From assembly GCA_951406725.2 (NCBI GenBank), contig OX597818.1:32054001-32118000 (forward strand): a DNA stretch of 64,000 nt. Reading direction: 5' to 3'. Both the position numbers and the translations under genes were made by a program. The notes under the pieces were generated by a model. It was not told the origin of the DNA. It worked only from the letters and a program-made list of their open reading frames with translations, and searched no databases. The stretch is from Octopus vulgaris. Lineage: Eukaryota. Numbering within the stretch: position 1 is the first letter of the stretch; the number at the start of each line of letters is the position of its first letter. Positions 15,045 through 29,008 of this stretch are shown here, piece after piece.

Positions 15045-15046
15045 CC

Positions 15047-15193
15047 GAACCTGCCTCTTGGCAAGAGGTGCAAATGAGGGTAGCTCCATTCTTCACCAAG
15101 TGCCACATATTAGAGGAGGCTCTTAGTAATAACAGTGTAGCACAAAACGGCGGTGCATCAGCATGGCCGCAGCTCTGAGCTGAAACTAGAAAA
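15047..15193 (+). mobile_element. CR1-like LINE extreme 3' fragment
   Basis: gaacctgcctcttggcaagaggtgcaaatgagggtagct matches 9815-9853. It ends ggcggtgcatcagcatggccgcagctctgagctgaaactagaaaa, like 9931-9978. Confidence 0.78.
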
Positions 15194-15204
15194 TATATAT
15201 ATAT

Positions 15205-15269
<65 letters not shown>

Positions 15270-15319
15270 TATATATACATACATACACACATACATACAT
15301 ACATACATACATACATACA

Positions 15320-15355
<36 letters not shown>

Positions 15356-15526
15356 TTGGCCTCGTATTTATATATTTAATCTAGGCGTACCTGTTGATGA
15401 AGACTTCGCCTAGCAAACTATTTCGAGAATTTATCCCGAATTAGTGGTTTGGACTTTAGCTGTTCTTTCTAGCGTAAAGGATTCCTATGATGGAAACCTC
15501 TTAATATATTTAGATGTACACTGTAT

Positions 15527-15602
<76 letters not shown>

Positions 15603-16125
15603 GTGTGTGTGTGTGTGTGTACTTATGTATGTACTTATGTATGTATATATATATATAATATGTCTATGTGCTCGTCTGTCTGAGAGACTGTGTCCGTCTG
15701 TTGTCTGTGTATCTGTTTATTTCTCTTTCTCATTCCATATATCCCCAGGGAAATTTTAACAAAAATATCTGTTACCACTTTTTACTACTGCCTTTATTTC
15801 TTTCTTTCTCCGTCCCTCTCTTACTTTTTTATAATTCTCTCCCCCTTCCACCCCACCCCCTCTCTCTTTGTCTTCCTCTTACTCTCTATCTATCTACAGC
15901 AAGTATCATCTACTGCAACTGACACAGCAGCAGTATTATCATCATCATCATCACCACAACCACCATCACAACGACCACAACGACCACCACCACGATCACC
16001 ACGACGACGACCACCACCACCATTTTCGTCGATGTCATCCTGAGGAACAACAGCATCGTCGTAGTCATCAACATCGCCAATGATAATATTATCTCCTTTG
16101 ATTTGATTTTGGCGATGTTGATGAT

Positions 16126-16722
16126 TAATTTGAACTCAGATCGTAAAGACGCACGAAATGCTGCTAAACATTTTGCCCAGCGTGCTAACGATTCTGCCGG
16201 CTTGCGAAAATTTTTGCCCACGAGACCCCAGGAGTAAACTCATTCGCAAACAGCCAATCAGAGCAGAGTCAACTTTATCCTTTCTGCATTTCTAGTCAGC
16301 ACCGTGCATCCCTTACTCTTTCCCTCTCTACTAGCAGATAGCAACTTTTTCGTCACTGTTGAAAAAACTTCGCTAACTACCTGCCGGGCAAACGAATAAA
16401 TATATGTAAATAATATTTCTTCTTTCTTGGTGCTCATCCTTCAATTGTTCACTGGTTACTACGACACTTGCCCAAACTGAATTGCTGAAGTTATTTCATT
16501 TTTTCCAGAAAAATGTTTTTAAAATGTTATAAAGTTTTAAAGTTTGATCATTTTTTCGGCGTAGGAGTGGCTGTGTGGTAAGAAGCTTGCTTACGAACCA
16601 CATGGTTCCGGGTTCATTTCTTACTGCGTGGCACTTTGGGCAATTGTCTTTTACTATAGCCTCGGGCCGACCAAAGCCTTGTGAGTGGATTTGGTAGACG
16701 GAAACTGAAAGATGTCTGTCGT

Positions 16723-16808
<86 letters not shown>

Positions 16809-18117
16809 TTGTGTGTCTGTGTTTATCCTCCACAACATCGCTTGACAACCGATGCTGGTGTGTTTACGTCCCCGTAACTTAGCGGTTCGGCAAAAGAGAC
16901 CGATAGAATAAGTACTAGGCTTACAAAGAATTAGTCCTGGGGTCGATTTGCTCGACTAAAGGCAGTGCTCCAGCATGGCCACAGTGACATGACTGAAACC
17001 AGTAAAAGAGTAAAAGAGCGAGAGAGAGAGAGAGTCAGGAAACAGGATTTGGAAGCTGTCATTTTGTGCGTGACAAAATAGCGCATGTCAATATTTGTAA
17101 ACAATCCGTGTTATGTCTGCGGTAATTTTCTTTCATGTACATAAAGCTTATTTAGCTGTTATACTTAGCACGAAAATTCACTGGTAATTTTCTTTCATCT
17201 AAATAAATGTTTATGTTAATTTAAAAGAGAAAAACATGAATGTGTCCGTGACTAAAATTACCAAACTTTTCAAACTTTAATTACTAATAACTCTATAATT
17301 ATTAATCTATTGCGAAAATTACTTTCACTTCATTAATTAGCCTATAAAAGTGCATTATTACACGGAATATGAAATCTTTTCGAACAGAAAATTGACGCTG
17401 GCAACCAAACCGAAAAGATCCAAAAAAAGAATAGTCACGAAAATATGTGAGTGCTAAAAGATTTCGCTGAGTACTATTATATTATTAGTAGTAAATTATA
17501 GATCTATTTATTATAAGTAGCTGGACCCGTGAAAAATTCACGGAAAATATGAAAAAGGTAAACATTCTGAGGATGTTGACGACAAAATGTGTAGTCCCGC
17601 ACAAATGACATCTTCCAAATCCTGTTTCCTGACTGGGTGAAAATAATCAAACTTTAAACCTTTATAACAGTTTAAGACATTTTTCTAGAAAAAATAAGAT
17701 AACTCCAGCAATTCAGCTTGTACAAGTGTGTTATTGTGCCACTGTCGGAGTAACCAGTGAATGTCGAATGATCAACACCAGGAAGGAGGAAATATTATTT
17801 ACATATATTTATTCGTTTGCCCGACAGGTGGTTAGAGACAGTAGAACTTGTAGTGATAGCGAAATTTTTTTCGATAGTGACAAAAAGGTTGTTGTCTGCC
17901 TGTAGAGAGGGAAAGAGTAAGGAATGCTACAGTGCTGACTAGAATGGAAGAAAAGACAAAGGTGGCTTTGCTCTGATTGGCTATATGTAAATGAGTTCAT
18001 TCCTGGGGTCCGGAACTCTCGTGGGAAAAAAATTTTCGCAAGCCAGCAGAATCGTTAGCACGGAGTACACAATGCTTAGCAGCATTTCGTAAGTCTTTAC
18101 GATCTGAGTTCAAATTA
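16126..18117. repeat. Old imperfect inverted duplication; arms 16126-16557 plus 17033-17095 versus 17575-18117
   Basis: Reverse-complement matches include gggcaaacgaataaatatatgtaaataatatttc / gaaatattatttacatatatttattcgtttgccc, agtcaggaaacaggatttggaag / cttccaaatcctgtttcctgact and agccaatcagagca / tgctctgattggct. Confidence 0.88.
16558..17018 (+). mobile_element. SINE family A, full length, inserted in the left arm of the inverted duplication
   Basis: Head ggcgtaggagtggctgtgtggtaag to tail gactgaaaccagtaaaagag. Confidence 0.92.
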
Positions 18118-18252
18118 TGCCGAGGTCGACTTTGCCTATCTTTCTTTCGCGGTCGATAAAATAAGTACCATTTGAATTACTGGGGAGGTCGATGTAATCG
18201 ACTTACTCCCCTCCAACAAAATTGCAGGCCTTGTGCCACTATTTGAAATCCT
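18040..18252 (+). mobile_element. SINE family B, tail ccttgtgcca.tatttgaaa
   Basis: gcagaatcgttagcacg...gagttcaaatt..gccgaggtcgactttgcc...ggtcgataaaataagtacc. Confidence 0.85.
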
Positions 18253-18313
18253 TATTATGGGAGAGTGTGATACGGTAATACAGATATTGCATGTGCGTGT
18301 GTGTGTGTGTGTG

Positions 18314-18366
<53 letters not shown>

Positions 18367-18741
18367 CAGAGAGAGTTTGTGTGCGTGTGTATTTTTACTG
18401 CAAGCAAGTCTTATTTGTTGCTCAATTCCTAATATTCTGCTTAATAGGCAATTTTAGCATTAGCATGTATTGTTATATTATCTTCACTAACAACTTTCAT
18501 TTCTTTCTTTCATAATCTGCTTTACTTTGTTTTTCTTTTAATCTATAACCGAAATACTTTCCGAAATTAAATCAACTAAGTAATTTACGCATCATTTCTG
18601 CCATAGATTTCTTTTCACTAAGCTAAGTTAAGATTAAACATTTTACATAATACTTCGATAATCTCCTCGTAATTATGATGCATTCTGACTTTCCTTATTT
18701 TGCTTCTAAATACGACCCTAATTTAAATTACACCTAGCATT

Positions 18742-18841
<100 letters not shown>

Positions 18842-18910
18842 GTATATATATATATGTATATATATGTATATATATATATGTATATATGTATATGCATATG
18901 TATGTATGTA

Positions 18911-19099
18911 TGTGTTTGCCCCTCCACCATCGCTTGACAACCGATGTCGGAGTGTTTACGTCCCCGTGACTTAGCGTTTCGGCAAAAGAGATCGATAAAA
19001 TAAGTGCTAGGCTTACAAAGAATAAGTCCTGGGGTCGATTTGTTCGTCTAAAGGCAGTGCTCCAGCATGGCCGCAGTCAAATACCTGAAACAGACAAAA
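18911..19099 (+). mobile_element. SINE family A, 3' half
   Basis: Starts after the microsatellite: catcgcttgacaaccgatg...cagcatggccgcagtc. Confidence 0.85.
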
Positions 19100-19233
19100 T
19101 AATATATAAATACACACATTTGTGCCGAAGATTTTCTATTTTAGATATATTTGGGGTACTTAGGTCTGCCCAGGACTTAGTGCTTGGTTTTTCCATAGGT
19201 ACGAGTAAGTATTTCACTTATATCTCACGTATT

Positions 19234-19292
19234 TATCGCTGAAGAGGGGAAAATTCTTATGAATTAACCCCGAAATTGGCACCAATACGGTA
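19234..19292 (+). ncRNA. Type I hammerhead ribozyme motif with canonical core, in a PLE-like fragment (about 19105-19485)
   Basis: tatcg-CTGAAGA-gggg[loop]cccc-GAAA-ttgg-ca-ccaa-TA-cggta. Stems I, II and III all pair. Predicted cleavage triplet AUA. Confidence 0.82.
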
Positions 19293-19483
19293 TTAACGGA
19301 TTTTTTAGAAATTTCTATCGGTTTGTTTCGAGACGCATAAATCATAATGGTTATTGACAATTTTTGTCTTTTTTCCGGCATATTTGGCATTAGAATTTTT
19401 CTTTTGCCCTTATTTATGAATTTAACGTTTGAAGGTATTTTTTGATAAAATTTTTTCCCGAAAAATATTTTATCCTACATTAG

Positions 19484-19611
<128 letters not shown>

Positions 19612-20619
19612 ATATGTATGTATGTGATATTACTAAGGATAACAGTAACTAAACAACTATAATGGAAACAAGCTGGACGATGGTGATCTACGTGTAGGTC
19701 TAAACTCAACAGTAGCGGTCGTATATCTTACTGCACACATGAGATATTCTATATATTTATACCACGAATTTGTGTTGTAATAATCTGCAGTTATACTGAA
19801 TGTAACAGATAGGAGAGCACCTAAGTAACCCCAGAGAGGCCGAACTTGTCCTCTCACACCTACCTCCTCCCACCCACCTCTCCTCTCTTGCTCCGACTCC
19901 TAGAAGAAGAAGAAGGAGAAGAAGAAGAAGAAGAAGAAGAAGAAGAAGAAGAAGAAGAAGAAGAAGAAGAAGAAGAAGAAGAAGAAGAAGAAGAAGAAGA
20001 AGAAGGGAGAGTGTGCATAGAATTTGCTCACTTAATGGTAAGTATACAATGCGTCAACTAAAAATGACATGGTAAACTTTGATATGATAAGAATAACGAT
20101 TCAATTGTCAGATGAAACGTTATACGTCACGTTTGTATTGATAATTTTCTTACGGGAGAAATATCTGCAGAAATTCGAAGTTGCTCGCTTGGGAGGTAAA
20201 GTACAAACCTACAAGGACAGTAAGTTTCAATCAAATCTATGGTGTGGCTTTTTACTTGAGTTAGAAAGTAATAACTTTGTTTCTAGGCAGTAATGATTTG
20301 AGCAGAAGAACAATTATTCACACTTCATACTCTTAAACCAAGTGCAAGTCTTCTGCAGTTCCGTCCTGGTTCATTCAAAACGCGCTTGTTTAGAAGTGAG
20401 TATTTAACAATATTGTTTTAACAGATTTACAGAAACATGGATTCAATGTGCAGCAATAAATAAAAAAAATCGTTAAGATTATTTTCGTATTTCCAGGAAA
20501 GCCTGGGAAAAGATTGTAAACGTTATAATGAAACAATCGCTGAATAGATATCGCTTGCAGAACTAGTCAGAACGTATTCAGATAAGCGCTTCTAGATAGC
20601 TTTCATATATAATTCCACA

Positions 20620-20830
20620 GATGGCAGAATCATTAGCACGCCGAACCAAATGCTTAGCAGAATACCTGCTCATCTATGCGTTCTGAGTTCAAATTCCGTC
20701 GAGGTCGATTTTGCGTTTCATCCTTTCGAGGTCAATAAAATAAACAGTTAAACATTGGGGTCAATGTAATCAACTAACCCCCTCTCTCCCTCGAAATTGT
20801 TGAACTTTTGCCAAAATTCGAAATCAATAT
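20620..20830 (+). mobile_element. SINE family B
   Basis: ggcagaatcattagcacg...gagttcaaattcc...tttcatcctttcgaggtc...ccaaaattcgaaatc. Confidence 0.85.
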
Positions 20831-21554
20831 CTATTGATTTATTTCAGTTCTTTCAGATAATAATTTGAAATATATTCAAAAATTCAATCATTTAAGTAGC
20901 AACAGACTCAGATTATCAATTGAAAGAATGTAAATGGGGGAAACTCAGAATACTAACATTTTAGGGCCTTCAGTAAACTGTGTGAAAGAATACTTCTTTT
21001 TTTACGTACTGAGTTCCGTAGTTTTTCTCTTCTTCGTGAATCAACCTGTGCGTGAAGTGTGTGCATTCGTAGATGAAGTTATAGCTTATGTTTCAAACAT
21101 ACTTTATAGAAGAAATGACTATGTTCTTCCGAAGTTAAAATACGTGATGTACCTCCATTTTCTGGGACTGAAGGAGGAAAAACGCATTCAAAAATTGATT
21201 TGTTCAGATATTCTAAATTGACGGTCAAACCCCAGATAATTTAATTTTCACGTTTTTATGTGAAAAATACCTTATATACAAAAGAAGATTTACGTTTGAG
21301 CCGAAGTGGACGCTAGACATAGCAACTGAATATTGCTTGAATTTTCTTTTCTTTTCTTAGAAAAAGGAGTTATTGGAAAATTTGTTCCTGGATGCACTAT
21401 ATCTGGGAAAATGGCGGGATGGTCACAGGTGGAGTGTCTTTGGTCATAAGTTCCTCAGAATTTCCTGGTCTGGTGCCAAAATTTGCAGCCAATATCAATG
21501 TATGAACTACTGAAAAATTAGCTTCGGAAATGTGATTAAAAATATGTATATATA

Positions 21555-21954
21555 CTAGCAGTATCGTCCGGCGTTGCTCGGGTTTGTAAGGGAAATAACT
21601 ATATAAGCATTTTTAGAGATGTAAAGTATAATAGCCATCTCAATATGGCTAACCACAAAGGGGGGTGGGTGTTACTGTAGCTTTTTACGTTCTGAGATTT
21701 AATAATAAATTTTTAGAGAGTTACTTCCCTTATATATGCCAAAAATGCATTAAAAATGGGAAAAATTGATGGTAAATAGTTTTTAAAATCGTAGACTTAT
21801 CATAGACGCGCGCTAATACCCAGAAGGGCTCGATATGAATCACGACTATAAGATACCCGGTTTTGGCTTAAACTGCACCGCAAAATGTGGGAGTAGTTAG
21901 GAATCTAAATCTTAGGAGACAGACAGCACACAACCTCTCTTTTATATATAAAGA
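21555..21954 (-). mobile_element. Non-autonomous Helitron
   Basis: Minus strand a|TCTTTATATATAAAA ... aaacccgagcaacgccggacgatactgCTAG|t. No TSD; A/T insertion site. Confidence 0.88.
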
Positions 21955-21969
21955 TATATATATATATAT

Positions 21970-22048
<79 letters not shown>

Positions 22049-22494
22049 TTGGAGTATAGAGGAAAGAAGGAAAGAAAGAAAACAGGTATGAAGGATTAAC
22101 CTGATGCTGTATTGTCAAGGGAAATTACAAATTACAAAGCTCTGATGGCATCTCTTTCTGTCCCTGTGGAAAGCGGATGTTGACTGGCCAGAACTTATTA
22201 CACAGATTCCCCTCTCCATATTTCGGAACATTAGTCAGTTTAGCGGAAGGAAATATAAGCAGTTAACCATAAGCAGCAGGTGTACAGCGAACCTGAAGGA
22301 AGTAGGTCTAAATGTCGATGTTACTGTTACTGTTACTGTTGTTGATGCTGTTGTTGTTGTTGTTATTGTTTTGTTGTAGTTAGTGTTGCAGTTCTGATAA
22401 AGATTGGTGATAGGCTAACAAAAATAAAGATAAATAAAATACATGGCTAAACTTTCTGGTAGTGGCCGTAGCAATTATGAGAGATGGGAATTAT

Positions 22495-23200
22495 GATGGT
22501 GGTCGATGGTGGTGGTGTTTATGATAGGTAGTAATGCGTTGATGGTACTAATGGTATTGGTGTTAGTGTTGTATGTAGTGGTGGTGGTGGTGGTGGTGGT
22601 AATGTGTTGTTGTTGGTGGTGGTGTGTTGTTGTTGATGATGTTGTTGTTGTTGGTGGTGGTGGTAGTGATGGTGTATTGGTGGTGGTGGTGGTGTGTTGT
22701 TGTTGTTGTTGGTGGTGGTGGTGTATTGGTGGTGGTGTGGTGGTAGTGGTGGTGTGGTGGTGGTGGTGGTATGTTGTTGTTGGTGGTGGTATGGTGGTTG
22801 TGATGGTAGTTGGTTTTGATAATAAGGGTTATGGCAGAGTGAATATGGTGGTTGTGGTAGTGTTAATGGTAGTCATGCCACTGGTGGTGGTAGATGGGTA
22901 ATTGTGATGATAGTGGTGATGGTTGCGGTGGTAGTAGAAGTATTATTAACGTTGGTGTTTCTACAGGTGGTAGTAGAGTTGTGGCGTTACTAGGTGTAGT
23001 TGTTATTAGTGATAGCTATCGTGGTGATAGCGATGGTGGTTATGGCAGTGGCGATGATGGTGGTTGTAATGGCGGTGGCGGTAGTGGTGGTGGTGGTAGT
23101 TGTGGTGTTGGACAAGGTGGAGGTAGTGATTGTGATCGGAGTAGTAATATTTGTGGAAGTATATAATGCTGATTTTCTTGGTGGTAATGGTGATGCCATC
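22495..23200. repeat. Degenerate (GGT/GTT/GAT)n low-complexity tract
   Basis: Directly visible G/T-skewed trinucleotide mosaic. Confidence 0.9.
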
Positions 23201-23498
23201 GTCGCATGAAAATATTGCCAAAGTGTCTAGTAATAACGGTAATGGATTCCTACGTGTTGGTCTACCGCCCTTTAGGGAATCCGTCTAAAAGAGCTGACGA
23301 ATAAATAAATTAGAAGAACGTGGAAATACACCGCCATAGAGAAATACACACACTCAAACACTTATTCACTCACACATACACACAAACATGCGTGCTCGCA
23401 CACACATATATAATATATACATATATATACATATGTATATATTTATGTACAAATGTATATATGTATATATGTATGTATGTATCTATCTACCTATCTAT

Positions 23499-23549
<51 letters not shown>

Positions 23550-23558
23550 GATATATAT

Positions 23559-23805
<247 letters not shown>

Positions 23806-24246
23806 AATATAAATAAATATATTTAAAAGAAAAAAATTGGTGGATTTTTCTCTTATGAGGTTTTTCCCACTAACTACTTGATACATTTTTGTAATGATTT
23901 TATCCTATTTTTAAATTATATATATATATATAATTAAAATAAGCAACAAAGGATATCCAGAGGTATATATATATATGTATATATATATACGGGTGATTCA
24001 CAAAAAAAAAAACACAGAAAGAAACGGGGAGTGAAAATAAGGAATGTGTAGTGGCTAGCGATCTATCATGACGAATGCCGAACACATGGGTCAGACTAGA
24101 AAGAAAGAAGGGGAGATAATAAAGTAGTGGTGATCCCAAAACGAAGATGCGCGTGCATGTATGTGCTTGTGAAAGTGGGCTGGCGACCTTGACGCGTGCG
24201 TGTGTGCATGTGTAGGTATGTGGATGATGGTGTGGGTGCTGAGAAG

Positions 24247-24545
24247 TTTGGTAGACAGAAACTGAAAGAAGCCCGACGTATATATGTGTATATATATATG
24301 TGTGTGTGTGCGTGTGTGCGTGTGTGTATGTTTGTGTGTCAGTGTTTGTCCCCCAGCATCACTTGACAACCGATGCTGGTGTGTGTACGTTCCCGTAACT
24401 TAGCGGTTCGGCAACAGAGACCGATAGAATAAGTAATAGGCTTACAAAGAATAAGTCTTGGGGTCGATTTGCTCGACTAAAGGCGGTGCTCCAGCATGGC
24501 CGCAGTCAAATACCTGAAACAAGTAAAAGAGTAGAAGAGTAAAAG
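24247..24545 (+). mobile_element. SINE family A, 5'-truncated
   Basis: tttggtagacagaaactgaaagaagccc to ctgaaacaagtaaaagag. Confidence 0.88.
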
Positions 24546-24963
24546 TGTATTCGTGATCCACAGAGTTCCTCCTACTATAAACCGGGTGTTCTACAAAACA
24601 GATTCGTTAATTTCATCTAATGCTCATATCCAGTGTGCATTCGTCGAGAAGTACCTTCGGATCTAAATATTTTCGTCTCTATATTGTGGATCCTGATCTT
24701 GGAAAGTCAAGGCCACTTCTCATTATCGACGTCATTACCAGCCATTATATTAATTTTGAGCCACTTCATAATTCGGTTTTGTTTTCTATTCCTTCGTTCC
24801 TACGCATTCTTATCTTTCTAGCATTGGGCTTTAACGATACACACTATTACGTAAATGACATCATAGTTTCAGTGAGCAGTCTTAAGATTCAATAACAACC
24901 TATATATGTCTCTGCATGTGTATGTTAGTGAATGTGCGTGTTAGTTTATCCGTATTTATATAA

Positions 24964-25179
24964 CGAGGGGATGCTGAAAAGTTCCTTGCTTTAAGGGTAT
25001 CGCGAAAGGTCTGGCTGGAAGCCTGACCTTCTGAGTTCTTTTACAGGGCTTAGAAAAGCTGAAGCACTGCTGCAATAAGTGTGTGAATCTGAGAGGAAAA
25101 TGTGTTGGATAAAATAATTATTAACTGATCCTCCTGTATTTTTTAAACCAAAAGCCAGGAAGTTTTCAGTACCCTTTCG
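24964..25179 (+). mobile_element. Mariner-derived MITE
   Basis: TIRs cgaggggatgctgaaaagttccttgcttt / aaagccaggaagttttcagtaccctttcg, with TA on the right flank. Internal GLEKLKHCCNKCVNLRGKCVG* resembles the mariner transposase C-terminus. Confidence 0.82.
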
Positions 25180-25556
25180 TATATGATTTAACTACAATAT
25201 TGTCTATGAAAATTCCGTAGCTAAAGTCCATAAATTTCATCTGGGTTTGAAAGAGCGTTCTCTGATCAGGCTGCTAGAAATTGAACTCAATAAATTAAAA
25301 GAAAGTATAAGTAAGTTCCACGTATTTATATACTATGTATGCGTTTTAATGTGTTTTATCACATTCGTTTCTCTTTTCGTTTACCTCCTCTGATTTTCTC
25401 TAAATTCTCACGCCTACTATACTTTATGTAACCTGACTTTTAATGTCTTCTGTATCTAACGCACCTGAGATGAGGAAAATCTTATATACGTACACATACA
25501 CACATCTATATATATATATGTGTGTGTAGATAGATAGAGAGATAGGTAGGCAGATA

Positions 25557-25960
25557 TGTTTCTTTATTAGCCACACAGGGCTGGACACAGACAGGACAAA
25601 TTACAAAGTAGAGGTTTTCTTTTTGGTGAGAAAAAAAAAGGAGTTGGGTAGGTTTTCAATCAAAAGGGATCGTAGAAAGGAAAAAAAAAAGACAAAAGAA
25701 AAAAGAAAAGAAAAAAAGAAAAGAAAAAGCGATCTATAGGGATCGTGTATCACAGAAATGTCATGATGTAAAGTGTAAAGAAGGAAGCAGATAAGGTTTA
25801 TCCGTGGAAAGAAAAGCCTACGGAAAAGACCACGGTAACCTCGGTCATTAATGTCACATGTTAACACATTTATTTGCAAGTAAGTAACTCTCTGTTTTAA
25901 ATTTTTCCGTGTTCATAGGATTATGCTCAAGGTGGCTTCGTCATTCATACGTGCCATCCA
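25557..25960 (-). mobile_element. LINE 3' end (possibly L1/Tx1-like) inserted in (GATA)n
   Basis: Minus strand has an ORF stub MARMNDEATLSIIL*, a T-rich 3' UTR, and ends ...ccagccctgtgtggctAATAAAgaaa. Similar atag.tag.cagata flanks on both sides. The clade is inferred. Confidence 0.55.
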
Positions 25961-27132
25961 TAGATAGACAGATAGACACAAACACACGTACACACACATT
26001 CGAGGACTTGTAACATATTTCACTCACAGACATTTTGCCGACCCAAGGCTATGACCGAAAACACATAGCCACGGCACCGTGAGATCGAAACGAGGACTAC
26101 GAAATTGCTAAACAAACTTCTCGACTTAATATACATACCCACAGAAAACCTTTAAAATGTTTTCACATGTATAATAATAATCTACCAAACTTCAACATTT
26201 TGTTTTCAAATTGCAAATCATATTGAAGCAATAACTCAAACGCTTCCATTTTCACAGGAAGTTATCATCAGTCTTGATGTTTCTAGGCAATATTACATCC
26301 GGATGGTTTCCTTGGCTTCAGTAGTTGTGACAAGATTGTCTCTATTTTTGGATGATTGCTGATTCATCCAATATGCGGACGATATAAATGTGTTTGGTTA
26401 ATTGTATCTAAAACTAAGATCTATTAATCTTTTCACACTGAAATTACTTTCTAGTCAGATACATGTACGACAGAAAACATGTCTGACCCATTCTCTCAAT
26501 GTGAAATTGAATATACAGAAATATATATTTAATCACATATTGAAAAATATGTGATTGCTAGAAACACTTAAACACATACAAACATATACACATAAATACA
26601 TACATATCTGTGTATATGTGTGAGTGTGCATGTATGTAAATATGTATATTTAAGTATATACAAGCATACATGCATAAGCATATGTGTGTGTGTCTATCAC
26701 GTATAATTATAAACACAAAAATACACATATTTATACATAAATTGTCTTTCTCTCTTCCTCTCGTCATCTATCAAGCTCTATAGGTGTGTATGCATGTATG
26801 TATGTATGTATGTATGTATGTATGTATGTATGTATGTATGTATGTATGTATGTATGTATGTATGTATGTATGTATGTATGTATGTATGTATGTATGTATC
26901 TATCTATCTATTTATCTATCTGTCTATCTACCTATCTATCCCTTTCTCACATGTACGCACACGCTCACATAACGACACACACACTCACTTATATGCCGCT
27001 CGGCTGTACTAGATACGCACATTAGACATTTCTCTACTCTTAATTCTATACATACATGTATTCATGCATGCACACACACACACATACATACATACATACA
27101 TACATACATACATACATACATACATACATACA

Positions 27133-27165
<33 letters not shown>

Positions 27166-27914
27166 GTATATATTTATATATTTGAGTATATATATTTGCG
27201 TATATTTATGTGTATATCTATCTATGTATCGATACACACACACACACATATATATATATATAAACGTATAAGCATATCTACGCGTGGTGTGCTAGCATAT
27301 GAGCGCGTGCACATATGTTTGTGTTTGTTTCTCCAAGTGTATGTGTCGATCTGCTTGCCTATAATAGGTTGGAAAGGATATTAACAAACCAAAAATTCCC
27401 TCGGAGTATATCCCATTTCATTCCACTTATATTCTAAAGAAGAACATCCCCTATATAAGCTCGGGCCTTAAGAAAGTCCGTTCTTCTGGCATTATATCAA
27501 ATATAGCTGGGTCGTCGCAATAAGAATTCAGTTAGTAAACCTATGGCATTTTAACGCCGTCTAAATATCTGTCAATAAATTGCTTCCACTATCGTAATAA
27601 TCTTTTGATTTTGCTGTCAGATTCAAGAATAATTTGGTAAATTTCCCGACAATCTAACAACATTAAAACGAATGCTAGTAATAATTTCATGCCTGTCCTA
27701 GCAGAGTGCTTAATGTAAGTGACAGCTTTATTAATTATTTCCTGGATAAATGCTATTCTATTATGTAATATATTGCTTATCTTTGTTAAATCTAACAGTT
27801 ATTTGCTCAAACCGCCGACTTTGTGCGCCATATTTGATTTATGCACTGCGTATTTCCACAGGTTGTTCAAAACGGAGAATGCAGACGTGCACACTTACTT
27901 CTTACACACACGCA

Positions 27915-27972
<58 letters not shown>

Positions 27973-28959
27973 CACGCATTGTATTTTGTTACAGTGTTTT
28001 AAAAATATCTTGTCGAATATTTTGTTCTCAAGATAAAATTTTGCATTTAAGATTGAAGGTTATTAGCTGACAAGTTCATTTTCTTTCGTTCTTCAACTTT
28101 CTTAAAAATATATTTATATGTTTGGCTCCCCCTGCTTTTCTTTTCAATAACCAAACGATGGAATTGAAAGAATTCAAAGAATCGATGCAATACCGACTAA
28201 AATGGTGTTTAGTTACAACCCTTTCATCTTTAGATCAAATCTTGTTGATGTCGACTTCGAAGTTTTGTTTACTTTTTATTTTCATATCAATAAGCATAAT
28301 TCATTTCAGTATAAATTAAAAGAAAAATGCAGAAAACAAAATTGGTGGTATAATTAGCATCATTGTATAGCCCAAGGTCAGATTTGATTGAGCAAACTAA
28401 TGATTATAAATGTTCCAAACGTTCTCGTCTTTCTGATTTTACCTACCAAAAGCTACACTTCTATAACTTATTACACCTTATTTTAAGAAGCTAGGATGCT
28501 ATATGAATGACATTTGGCACGTTCGCACACAGACATTCATACATACACACACATATCTTTGCTTATGTTGGGTCTGGAACTTAAAGTGGACCGTAAAATT
28601 GCATGCCAGAGTACATCTATATGTGATTTCACATATACATGTTTATGCATATCGATAAATATATTGATATGTTCATGTGAATGTGTATTCAAGTGGTCGG
28701 ACAACAAATGAAGGGTCCTTTCTTTGTTTACATGTCCTGTTTTCCATTTTTCTTATTGTTTACATATTTTCCTCATCTTTTTCTCGTTTGTTTACGTACA
28801 TCATGTTATTTGCACTCTTATATGTATACTATTCTGCCTAAGTAATGGATCTACAAATGCAATATCCCTGCAGATCTCACATCTATTTTCATTCCTCCAC
28901 TTCACTCTCTATTTCATATCTTATCTAAATTAACTATTGCTTAATTATTTTCTCACACC

Positions 28960-29008
28960 GTCTCCGATGAAGGGATATAAAAAATATCCCGGAAACAAGC
29001 TGTAGGAC
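28960..29008 (+). ncRNA. Minimal type I hammerhead-like motif (core CCGAUGA) in a PLE-like fragment ending at (TA)n
   Basis: gtct-CCGATGA-a-gggatat-aaaaa-atatccc-g-GAAA-caagctg-TA-ggac. U4C substitution; near-palindromic stem III. Confidence 0.68.

Noticed and set aside
19623-20068. Possible solo LTRs here and at about 48240-48547
   Set aside because: TG..CA-like ends can be picked, but there is no TSD, PBS/PPT or second copy.
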